DNA of 64,000 bases from Haplodiscus bocki (taxonomy: Eukaryota): contig OZ296651.1 in assembly GCA_965655095.1 (NCBI GenBank), positions 99,014,001 to 99,078,000 on the forward strand. Reading direction: 5' to 3'. The first letter of the stretch is position 1. The number at the start of each line of letters is the position of its first letter. The notes below the pieces were generated by a model. That model saw nothing but the letters and a program-made list of their open reading frames with translations. It was not told where the DNA came from and searched no databases. The translations under genes and the position numbers were made by a program. Shown here piece by piece: positions 50,479-62,682 of the stretch.

Positions 50479-50814
50479 TCACTTTCTTTTTCGTTGCGTT
50501 GACAGAGTCCACATTTGAGACGGGCTCACTGGATTAATTTTTTTGAGGGTTTTGATGTAATTTGAGGTCTTTTGAATTCTTTCAGGTTCCTCTGATTTGT
50601 AAGGAATTTGCATTTTTATTTCAAGTCTATAACGTCCTGAAGTGAAACTTGAATAACCTAATTTTTTTGCTCTTTTATCTTGTGGTAATTTTGAGTTCAA
50701 TGATTTAGGCTCCACAAATCGTGACAAAAAATCCAGTTTACAAAGTCGTGATATCAAAATAGCATCGAAGTTACTAGTTTTTGATTTTTTATCTAAAGAA
50801 GAAAAAATATTCAT
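50479..50814 (-). pseudogene. HTH DNA-binding protein remnant
   Basis: KLPQDKRAKKLGYSSFTSGRYR resembles a QxxIAxxLGxSxxTxxRY helix-turn-helix. Confidence 0.5.
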
Positions 50815-51291
50815 TCACTTAGGTTTATATACAGAAGAATGAATAGAAACACAGATAAGAAATAAACAAACAAAACTAATTTTAATTTGAAGTTTTGATT
50901 TAATAACGCTGTTCTATTGACAAAGTGGGCATGTTCAAGACCTGAACGGTCACGAAAATCGACATATCTTTCCAGTAAATTCGTTTTCATTTTCGTTTTA
51001 TGTAAATAATAAGAATAACCTAAAAGTTTTTGTTGTTAAAACTAGGAAATGAGAGCATAAAACGGTGTCTGACTCGTTTCATGTCCAATGAGAGTGTAAA
51101 AACCACTCTCTAGCCTTTTCAAGCCCAAAAAGTGTCGTATAGTGATATATATTTTTTCTTTATTAAACAGTTTGATGACGAAAAGAGGGCAAACTTAACT
51201 ATGGCAAGATTTGAGAAACAAACGAAAAAACTATAATATTTGGCATATATACGGTACGACAATTTACAGAAAAGTGAATTTTTCTTAAAAT

Positions 51292-52000
51292 GTTTCTGCA
51301 AAAGATAGAGTGCAAGATATAAATCCTAACAAAGTAAAACTCAAAGTAAACCATACGTGTATAGAAGATGAGAAGATATCAACAAACTTTGAAATATCTC
51401 ATGACAAAGATGTTATAAACAAAGCTTACTTTAACAAAAAAATATCCAAAAAAGAGGGTCATAAATCGTTTATAGAAAAAGATTGGAGTGATATAAGAAT
51501 GCATAGCAAAAAGAAGCAGTCTAAGGATGTCCTCACTGAAAAGGCTGTGAAATCAACTACACAAATATTGCAAGACAAGGTATTAGTTGATAAACAAGAT
51601 AATGCGGATGAAGCACTGAAAATTTATGCTCTCAGTGGAAAATCAAGATTTGAATTAGAGAAATTAAATGATGATGTCCTTCAAGGATTTTCAAAAATAC
51701 AGCTTGAAAAACAATGCAAAATCAAAAATGAAAATTCAACATATCCTTTCTTGCTTGGTTTGAATGCTTTGAAGATGTAATTTAGTGATTGACCTTTTAC
51801 TTTTAAAGTAGGATAAATAAGTTTGCACCCAACAAAAGGAACGCATTGGGTTGCACTTATTAACCGAATTTTTTTCGCTTCATATGCTTGTTCACCTCTT
51901 CTAAACCTATCTAGGTTTCCTGAAAACGAATTGGGCATCGCTTATTTTCTGAAAAGAGTTTTCAAGGTTCAGATTCCTATTACGATACGGAATGCTCTAA
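51292..52000 (+). repeat. Inverted, diverged copy of 49260-49980 including a second protease remnant
   Basis: aagtttgcacccaacaaaaggaacgcattgggttgca at ~51820 matches the reverse complement at ~49410-49445; tctgcaaaagataga junction in both copies. Confidence 0.88.
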
Positions 52001-52699
52001 TAAATCTTTTTGAATGATATATAAGTATGTTTATATATATATTTATTTATTTATATATGTATATATCTATTCGACCTCAGGGCTTCCTACTAAAATAGTA
52101 TTATCATCAAAATTTGACCAAATTCCCAACATTTCACTCATTGTACACATACGACGCCTACCAATAGACATTATATCACGTTATAACACCAGGGAAGCTT
52201 CTTCAATCTTCCATTTATCATATTGATAATTGTTCACAATGTGAACTGTAGACGAAGCCTGCTTTTTCTTTTCATTTTCATCATTCTTTGTTCTTATATA
52301 ACGAGAACTGTAGTTTTACTGCATTCTATATGAAAACATTTTTCTGGATTTGAAATTAGCAACTTCAACACAGAAGAAAAAATTGATAAGTTTCAAATCT
52401 TTTAAGGGCAACAATCTGATCTCAACGGCTGTAGCTATTGGAGGGGAAATCATAATTTTCATATCTGACCAATGCAATTTCATTGAACACAATGAAATCG
52501 AAGAAGGAGTTTTGTTTTGCTCCACAAACGATAGTGTTGATCCTTAGTGTTAAATTGTGATCAAAACTTGTTTACAGAACTAAACTTTGAACAAATTCAA
52601 CCATATTACACAAGTGAGGATGAAGATAAAGAAGATCCACTTTTGATAATGGCATATCGTAATGGAACTATTGAGATGGTTAATTTTTTTTATTCCGAG

Positions 52700-52829
52700 A
52701 AGTGTTATATGTTTTGAAAATCCTATTGTTTATGCGTTTCACCGATGTGGTTATCAGTGTATATAAGAAAAGTGTTTCCAAAATCAAAGTGATGTGGATA
52801 TACTGAATAGATCTGTTTGTAGAAGCTAA
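52700..52829 (+). pseudogene. C3HC4 RING-finger remnant
   Basis: C....ENPIVYAFHRCGYQCI*EKC...SVCRS*. Confidence 0.55.
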
Positions 52830-55340
52830 CTTTTCTGAATCATTCTGTTTCTAAGATTATAGTTGGTAGACAGAATATTTTCAGCATAAAATTGAAACGC
52901 TTGAGAAGTGAATTCCTTGTCGTTTTCCGATCAACAATGAGGAAATCTAAAACCCTTAGAATGTTCTAGAGCATCTAGCTTTTTCTTTCCATCACAAACA
53001 TCAAAAACATCCCACGTGATTGCCAAGCCGTTGATGTTACCAGCTCCTCGCTATTTTTCGATGTTTTTATGTAAATCTTCGTCCAAAAATAGCAGAGGGA
53101 TTGTTGAAAACTTTAATAAATCTAGCACTAATTCTTCATCAATTATTTCACTTTCAAATTCATCATTTTCCTTTTGTTTATATATGTCTTTCGTGTATGG
53201 TGTGAAAGAGTAGGAGAAGGCTGCGTGTTGTATTTCATTCATGGGTTTAAAAAACTCCAGAACTTTTAATTCATATAATAGAAAAGATAGTTTTGATGAC
53301 AAAAGTTTCAGCCCATTTTTCAGAAACTTTTACTGAAGGATGGGTTTTTTTGAGACATTTTTAACGATATATAACATCTCAATATTTCAAAAAACTTTAA
53401 ATAGCATATACCATGTTTAAAGTTAGTTTTGGTGGTTTTGATGGCAAAAGTATCAGCCAACGTTTCGGAAAAATTGATTAATAGATTGGTTTTTCCAAGA
53501 CCTTTCCATTGACAAATCCCACTCCACTACTAAGAAAAGCTTTTTAATGAAATACCATATTCCAGGGTTAGATTTAGGGTCTTTAGGTTATTGATGGTCA
53601 GAGTTTTAGCCCATGTTTTAAAAAATTTACTATCAGATTGTTTTTTTCAAAACCATTCTAATGATATGTAACATCCCACTATTGTTGAAAATTTGTCATT
53701 GACATACAATGTTCTAATGTCAGTTTTAGGGTTTTTGGGTTTTCTGATGGTAAAAATTTCAACCGACGTTTTCAAAAAAATTACCCTGAAAAGGCCCTTA
53801 TCAAGACTTTTTTTATGGTTTATTACACTTTTCTGTGGCTCAAAAATTCGTCAACTTCATAACCTTTACATGTTTAAGTGACCGTGGGAAAATCTAAACA
53901 GAAAATGAGAAAACCCTTTGATCTTTTTTCATATTACTTTGCTCAAAAACTATCATTTATATGAAACTCAAAGTTTCAGGGTAGACTAATTAGACCATGA
54001 GATAGTCATTTCAATCAAGACCGACAACATCTGACTGTAGCATGGTAATATGGTGAGTGTTTCCAAAATCAAAGTGATGTGGATATACTGAATAGATCTG
54101 TTTGTAGAAGCTAACTTTTCTGAATCATTCTGTTTCTAAGATTATAGTTGGTAGACAGAATATTTTCAGCATAAAATTGAAACGCTTGAGAAGTGAATTC
54201 CTTGTCGTTTTCCGATCAACAATGAGGAAATCTAAAACCCTTAGAATGTTCTAGAGCATCTAGCTTTTTCTTTCCATCACAAACATCAAAAACATCCCAC
54301 GTGATTGCCAAGCCGTTGATGTTACCAGCTCCTCGCTATTTTTCGATGTTTTTATGTAAATCTTCGTCCAAAAATAGCAGAGGGATTGTTGAAAACTTTA
54401 ATAAATCTAGCACTAATTCTTCATCAATTATTTCACTTTCAAATTCATCATTTTCCTTTTGTTTATATATGTCTTTCGTGTATGGTGTGAAAGAGTAGGA
54501 GAAGGCTGCGTGTTGTATTTCATTCATGGGTTTAAAAAACTCCAGAACTTTTAATTCATATAATAGAAAAGATAGTTTTGATGACAAAAGTTTCAGCCCA
54601 TTTTTCAGAAACTTTTACTGAAGGATGGGTTTTTTTGAGACATTTTTAACGATATATAACATCTCAATATTTCAAAAAACTTTAAATAGCATATACCATG
54701 TTTAAAGTTAGTTTTGGTGGTTTTGATGGCAAAAGTATCAGCCAACGTTTCGGAAAAATTGATTAATAGATTGGTTTTTCCAAGACCTTTCCATTGACAA
54801 ATCCCACTCCACTACTAAGAAAAGTTTTTTAATGATATACCATATTCCAGGGTTAGATTTAGGGTCTTTAGGTTATTGATGGTCAGAGTTTTAGCCCATG
54901 TTTTAAAAAATTTACTATCAGATTGTTTTTTTCAAAACCATTCTAATGATATGTAACATCCCACTATTGTTGAAAATTTGTCATTGACATACAATGTTCT
55001 AATGTCAGTTTTAGGGTTTTTGGGTTTTCTGATGGTAAAAATTTCAACCGACGTTTTCAAAAAAATTACCCTGAAAAGGCCCTTATCAAGACTTTTTTTA
55101 TGGTTTATTACACTTTTCTGTGGCTCAAAAATTCGTCAACTTCATAACCTTTACATGTTTAAGTGACCGTGGGAAAATCTAAACAGAAAATGAGAAAACC
55201 CTTTGATCTTTTTTCATATTACTTTGCTCAAAAACTATCATTTATATGAAACTCAAAGTTTCAGGGTAGACTAATTAGACCATGAGATAGTCATTTCAAT
55301 CAAGACCGACAACATCTGACTGTAGCATGGTAATATGGTA
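52771..55340. repeat. 1285-bp direct tandem duplication (52771-54055 / 54056-55340)
   Basis: Identical ORFs offset by 1285; only a few substitutions seen. Confidence 0.95.
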
Positions 55341-58300
55341 AGTGAATTTCCTAACTAGGTGGAGATTGCAATACAATGAAGATTAGAACGCTTTTTGTTT
55401 GACATTATTCGAGTAAGTAATCCTGTAAAGATCCCTAAAAAACTATGTACCAGCCACCATAACTTTTCCATTAATTCAATTAAGCACAGAGAAAATTTCA
55501 CTGGACAGAGATTCTTTTTTCTTTTTCACATTCAAAAAATCCACATTCCCTTGAGCGTCGAAAGTTGTTTTAAAGTAAGAAAATTTGAACGCTCATTGGA
55601 AATTGCAGGTGTAGTATTTCAATTCTACCGTCAGCAGGTGAAACGATGAACTTTCAATTTGTGGAGAGAAAAATGTGATGAATTTTAAATAGTGGAGTGG
55701 AATCAAAAGAAACAAATTCTAGTTGATTTGAAATTTCACATAGGCGATTTTTTCTATTGACACCACTCAAATTAATTTTTTACAGAAAAAAATTTATAGA
55801 TTTTTGAAAAAATTGTAATTTTCGTTTTTCCGTAATTCCTGTATACCCACCTTGATATCGGTTAAACAATTTAATTTTTATTTTCTTATTTTGCTTCACT
55901 TTTAAAGATTTTTTTCAAAAATATTTTTATCATCAATCCTGTGTACCCCGATTGACATAGTAAAATTTTATAAACTTAAATACTTTTACTTAGTTTCTCC
56001 TGTGTTACCCCAGTGATTTAGTATAGTTTCTTAATAAAAACTTGTGTTTGCGTCTTTTTTATTCTTTTTTTACAAGTTTTTTTGGTCGCAACTTTTTTAA
56101 CCACAGTAAGTCGTCGCTTCTGGCCTCAAATGCGAAAATATACATTATTTTTCTCCAAAAATATTATTTTCTGCCATTTTTTTCTGGAAGTGTAAGAAAC
56201 AGTGTTCGTTCAGATGTGTCCTTATTCTTTTTATCTTTTTTCAGTCTACTTTTTGTGAACCCTTTTCTCTCAAAAAAATCCCAGCCGTAAAGTTTGGACA
56301 AAAATTTCCTAAGCAGTAGGTTTAGGTTCCAATCCCTGTCGTGCCATATAGTTTCATGAACTCACGGACACTTTTCGGAACCTCCAATGGTTCCCATGTT
56401 GTATTAGGTAAAACAACAGGGTGTTGATGAACTATGCTCACCAAATACCTTTAATTTTTACTTTTCTAATGCAATTCGGATTACGAGGATTGCTTATTTT
56501 CGACTCCTATCCAAATAAGTTTTTTACACCGGTTTTTCGTTGGTACTTTTTGGAACAAAATGCTGACTTCATTAGGTATTTTTTCTAAGATTTTTAAAAA
56601 AAATATTTTAGCATTACCAAAAGTTTTATAATTAACTTTTTTTATTAATTTTATTATTGCTTTGGTTATCATTTTCTTGTTATCGTCATTATTAATGTTA
56701 ATGTTATAAGTATTAATTTTATTATTAGTAATAATTGTTTTTACCAATAATAATAAAAATTTTAGTTCCAAGATCACAACGAACTTTCTACTTTTCTCCT
56801 GATTGCTCTCCCTGGCATGATAAATTAAAGCAAGCAAGGGCACTCAATGGTAAGCAAAAGCAAAAACTCACAAATACCAAAAAAACAATTCTACGAAATT
56901 TTGGGTACGGAGAGTCAAAAAAGACTCAACAAAAAATCAGAATACTAACTCCCATGCGAAAACGAAAACGTTTTTGATAAAAAAAACTTTTCACAAACAG
57001 AAATACTCTCAGACAAAAAGTTTTCGATAAAAAAGTCGTGATAACCCCGAGTCGCGTAGTGTTTTGGTACCAAGAAGCTTAAGGCACACTGAAAGGACAC
57101 CCTCACGAATTTTTTTTGGCAAACAAAAAAATTTCGACATTAACATTTGATCGTCTCCTCTCTGGTTTACCAAACATTTTCATCCCAAAATTAAGCAGCG
57201 CCAAAACTTCCACGGACATTATAAAATTCCCCAAGTACGGAAAGGCTCCCTTACTATTTTCTCGTTACTTTGACACTGTGAGACAAAAGTTTCCGACTAT
57301 ATTTGGTGAAATCATCATATGAGCTACAGGGGCTTTCGTGCCAGACAGATGAAGGACGCTGAGTCTGAGGTGTTCTCAGCTGTTTTTGGTTTTGGTGGAT
57401 GAAATTCTGAAAAAGAAAATAGTCACGTCAGTTGCGCAGTTTTATTCCAAACTTTTGCGAATATCACGCAGACTTCGTGTTGCGGTTTCAGTACCCTCCT
57501 AAAAGGTAAATACAAGCAGTGTCACCACAGATGTGTAGCCTCAACTTTGAATGGAAAACATTTCGCAAGCTGTTTTGATGTCTGCTGATACCTTTGTAAA
57601 TTTTCGATTTCTTTCCACACTTGTTACCTTGGATATAACTTAGGGTCATCCTCTTACCCCTGAAAAACTTACTTTATTTCCAAATAAACGAAATAACAAA
57701 ACCTGTTCTAGTGGTTAAAAAAGTTGGCAAAACAATAAACACTCGATAAGTTTCAACTGATCGAAATTTATACTTTACATCTTCCTTTAAAAGAATGAAT
57801 CTTTTTCTGAATTTTTCAATAGTTTTTCCTAAAAAGGTCCTTCGAGTACCTGTTTACCGTTTTCATAACTGATCTCAAATACCAAAAAACAAATGGTCGA
57901 CGTTTTTGCTGAAAGACATTGTTGTGTCCATTGTGTACTCCTTAGAGTGAAACCAAGCTTAAAAGAAAATCAGGTAAAGGTTATTCTCCAAACTCTTTGT
58001 CATTTTCCTGCGAAACAAACAATTGGACTTTTCCCATCAAGGCGGCGATCACAAATCTTCCTCCCGCGGACGAACCTTCAATATGGAAGTACTTCCGCTC
58101 GAAAATTTAGCGTTTGAGAAAAGGATCAATTTGGCCAAAAAAGTATTGGAGGTGTAGTTTTCTAAACTTGAATTCAGTCCAATTTTTTTTATCAAATGCC
58201 GACTTTTATCCAATAACATTCCACTTGATTGATGTTAGCTCGTAAAACGTGTTTGATAAATTTGTTTCTGCTATTTGATCTGTCCAATAGAAACCACTTT

Positions 58301-60279
58301 GACCAAAATAAGCAAGAAGTACCGAAACAAGATTCACGTATGATCAACTTTACTAATCAAACTAACTTTTCTTCGGTACGACCGGTTATAATCATTCCAT
58401 CGATGTCTCACTCGACAGTTTGGGTTTTGCAAGAGGTACTTCAGCAGCAAAAATTTCGATACCGGTTCTTGCGTCGAAACCTTTATGGATGGAATTAGTC
58501 GAAAAGTGCGAACACATCAATTTTCTTCGCAAATCAAAACTCAATTACGCCAAAACTGCTGGGTATGTTCCTTTATAAGATGTGTAAGCCGATTTTTTTG
58601 TAATTTTAAATTTCCTTTTGACTGTGGAATTCTGTGTTTAGCTCCACGGAAATCAAACATGATAGAGGATAAATTGTCAAGAAGTGCAAATTTCTTTTAC
58701 CCATCTTGATAAATGAACTCGATTCTTCTCAACACTATCTTTCGGACTCCTGCTATCATGATCTCAACAAAAAAACTTCCATCCGCAGAACATTGCTCAT
58801 TGATAAAATTCCTGAAAAACGTCGATGCAACGGAAACGTTAAGACCGATATAGCTAAAAGCTGCGAAGGGCCAGATTTTTCCTGAAAAACAAACGTGCCT
58901 TTCTCTGCTACAATTCCTTCAGAAAGTTTTCACTCGATGATTTTATCACTGGTAAAAATATAAGGGAACGTCAATGTTGCGCTTGAATTTTGCCAACGCA
59001 AATTTGATTGGCGGAAAAAGCCAGTAAATGCCTATCCGTCTTAATTGGCTCGATATTCAAAATTGAGTTTTTCTGAACAATTCGCTGAATTTATCAGATC
59101 TTAATGACCAACATTGCAAGTGTACAGCATCCTTCTCTTACCATATTTTAGCAAAACTTTGTTACATTGGAACTTTAGGAACTGAGAAAGCGACCAAGTG
59201 TAAAGTGCAAAAGTTTTCGTTTTTTCTGAGAATCAAACCTTTTTTTCGCCGAGACTGCGGGCGTCATTTCGTCCATTAGGGTCTCAGTCGACAATTTTCT
59301 TCTCGTAAAATGTTTTTTGACGGACATGCAAAGCTTTTAGCTCTTCGCAAGGGAAACATGATAAGCAAACTGGTCATGAATTGAATACTTGTCTGTTTCG
59401 TTTTGATATTGAAACTCGGTTTCCCTCAAAGCAACTGTCTCATTTCTTTTTTTAAGATCCGAATCAACATTTGGGTTTTGAACAAAATGGTTCACTTGCA
59501 ACATCTTTTTTTTCATCTTTCTTGGAATAATTGATTATCTTGAATTGTCGAAAATTATGCGTTTGTATGATAATTCTTTGTAATGGAACCATTTTTTCTT
59601 CCACAACTATCGGCTGCCTTCCTTCATCAAGACGGAGTTTAATTGGTGAGCAGTTTTGAAATGTGAAACCTTAAGTTCTAGTGCTCTCAGTGGAATTTTC
59701 GTTGGCTGAGAATTTTAAAACTTGCATATGCATGTGGTACTTCCTGAGATTTCAACTCATCTCTCCAAAACTACCGACTAGACTTCTTCCACTAAGGTCT
59801 CAGTGGACATTTTTATGTTAATACAAGGTTCCTCGATAAAAAATTTTTCCGAAATATTTTCCCGGCATTTTAATTCTCTTAGGCTGAATTTGGTAAAATT
59901 GCGAGTTGTAGTGGCTTTTCTCTATAGTCTAACTCATTCAATGTAAAAGTACTGGCTGGATTTCCGCAATCAAGATCTCACAAGATAGTTTCCAAATTTC
60001 AAAAGATGATTCAGAAAACTGCCTTGAGTTTGGTATTTCGCTTCGGTGGCGATAATTCTGAGACTTGTAGAATTTAGTGCTGGAATTGATGTTTGGGGAA
60101 AACATTCGAAAACTAGAAACTAGACTCAAAAGAGTTTTTTCCTTTTTTAACTGTGTGCAAAAGTTGATTAAAAACTTTCTATTTCGACAAAAAAATATGC
60201 CGGTTCTAGCCTGTTGTCTTGTTATTTTTCGCCGTATATGAAGTATACAAGAAAAGTTATTCATTCAGTACAGTGTATA

Positions 60280-61425
60280 GTGGGGTCAAATTTCGTTTTT
60301 TTTATCTGACCAAAATTGCCAAGTTTTTTCATTCAAAAAAAATGACAGCAGTATGGTTAGGACAACAGCTTTCTCAAGCAGTAGGTTCGGGGTTCGGCTC
60401 TCTCTGTCGTGCCAAATATTTTAACGATTTATCCTTAGCATTTTTTGATGCCCGAAATTAGTAAAACACTAAGGGGTTCCTCTACGAAGTTTTCCGGCAC
60501 TGTGAGACCAAAATTTTTCGACGGAAAAACGTGATACCCCCCTTTTCAGCCATAAAACTTTTTGAAACCAAAAATTTTCTCAAAAACAGTAGGATTCCCT
60601 TAAGAAAGTTTTCGGCACTGTGAGACGAAAAAATTTCGACTGAAAATCGTGATATGCCCCCTCTTATCCATAAATTTTTTTCGATATCAGAAAATTTCCG
60701 GAAAACAGAAAGGTTCCTGTACAAAACTTTTCGTTTCGGTCCTGTGAGACAAAAAGTTCCGACAGAACCGTAATGCCCCCCCTCCTATGCATGAAAATTT
60801 TCGATAAAAGAATTTTTCTGAAACACCAAAGTGTTCTCCATTGAAATATTTGGGTACAGTGAGGCAAAAACTTCAACGGAAAGTCTTGATACTCCCCCCC
60901 TCCCCCCCCATCTTATCCAAACTTTTTCGATACCCGAAATTAATGAAACACAGCACAGAAGGGTTGACCTACCAAATTTTTCGGCACTGGGAGACAAAAA
61001 AATTCGACAGAAAATCGAAAATCGTGACATAACCCTCTGAAGCATAAAATTTTTCGATACCCGAAATTAATGAAACACTAAAAGATTCCCCCCTACGGAA
61101 ATTTTCGGCAGTGTGAGACAAAAAATTTTCGATGGAAAATCTTGATACCCCTCCCCCCTCTCTGATGCATAAAATTTTTGGCAACCCGATATTTTCTGAT
61201 ACACCGAAGTGTTCCCCAACGAAATTTTTTGGTACTGTGAGACAAAAAATTTTGAACGAAAAGTCGTGCATAGATTTTAGAAATCAGTGGTGGAATTGAT
61301 GTTTGTAGAAAACTTTCGCAAACTAGATTTTAAACAGTAGTCTCGTTTTTAACTGTGGGCAAATGTTGATCAAAATATTTGTATTCCTGCGAAAAATATG
61401 CCGGTGCTAGCCGGCCGTCTTGTTT
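60280..61425. mobile_element. Helentron/Helitron-like non-autonomous element with internal ~120-bp satellite array; left boundary approximate
   Basis: About 7 units with core ttttcggcactgtgagacaaaaaattttcgacggaaaa..tgataccccc; end atatgccggtgctagccggccgtcttgtt; ~150-bp end segment shared with 60075-60225. Confidence 0.65.
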
Positions 61426-62682
61426 TCCTCTTCTTACAGTGTCTGCAGTTCTAGTCAAAGGGTTTATTGATAGTCAGAAGTAGTGGAAAGTGGAAAGAAA
61501 AACTCTTGAAGATTGTGTTCGGTGTTTTCCGCCAAAAAAAGGAGAAATACGAACGTTTCAGTTTTTTCTTTTCATTCGTTAAGTTTTGCAGCTTTTCTTT
61601 CGTGAATTACTTTTGTTAGTAAAAACCACTAATTTGCAAATATGCAGTCCGTTTTTTCCCTGTGTGTGACGTCTGATAACTCTCATTTTTTTGTTCCGTT
61701 TTTTAGAACTCCCTGCTTGAACGCAGTTTAGATCCTAAGTTTTGGTTTTGCTTTTCGAAACAGATTCTGCAGTTTAAGGGCTTCATTATTAAAAACTCCT
61801 AAAATTTTGGTACACCTTGAAAGTTTTGGCGTCTCGGCCATTGCATGTTCAATGGTAAGTCATGGAATGCTTATGATGGACAATGCCGAGCCAAGGAAAG
61901 CTTTCTTAAGACCATGCCTTGACCATAGAAAGCTTAATATGCTTCATGGATTTTGGATAGTTTGACACCAAGTTCACAGGAACTAACATAAGCATTTTTG
62001 TATACAAGTGTTGAATCGCACTACAAAGACGCTTCTGCAAAATTTCATAATCGGCGAAGTTCACCGGAGTGTTTGCAAAGAAATAATTGCATGAACAGCA
62101 ATGACTAAGAAAGGATTCCAATTCTACAATAAAATGAACCAAATATTTTCTAGAAATTAATAGAGCAACACAGAGAATATGAAATTTTGATTAGGTGGTA
62201 CTTGATTTGAGCTTTTCTGCAGCTGCTGTCAATTTTCCAAGAAGGCTATGATTCCGTCCCTGGTGTCTTTATCCTGCCAAGATGTAGCGGGGTCTGCCAT
62301 TTTTTGACAATAATGTGCCAAGAAAGGTCTGTAAACTTGCTGATATCTCAGATAAAATGACGCTAGATTGAAATAAGGTGACCCAGATGTCAAATACAAG
62401 GAAGAGTCTTAAAAAAATCCACAAGGAAGGCTTCTGTTTTCCCAAGATAAGCGAAAATAGTTGAGAACTTTGTTTTTTGTGTTTTAGTTATCTTTTGAGA
62501 TTCAACTTCTCTTTCATCCAGTAACCTATAGATATACGACTAGAAGTTGATTGTATAATGGTGGACCACGTTTTAACGGACAATCGCCCGTTCTTTCAAA
62601 ACCTAAGGACAGGTATTTTCGAATTATTATCGAATAGAGTCCGACAATGTGTAAATTCTTCGTATCACAAAAGTAATTAAAA

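Noticed and set aside
55340-60070. Short ORFs in AT-rich DNA
   Set aside because: Low-complexity, F/K/I-rich random ORFs with no family signature
60440-61270. CRISPR array or coding ORFs
   Set aside because: Whole ~120-bp units are homologous (satellite); the ORFs are repeat-derived
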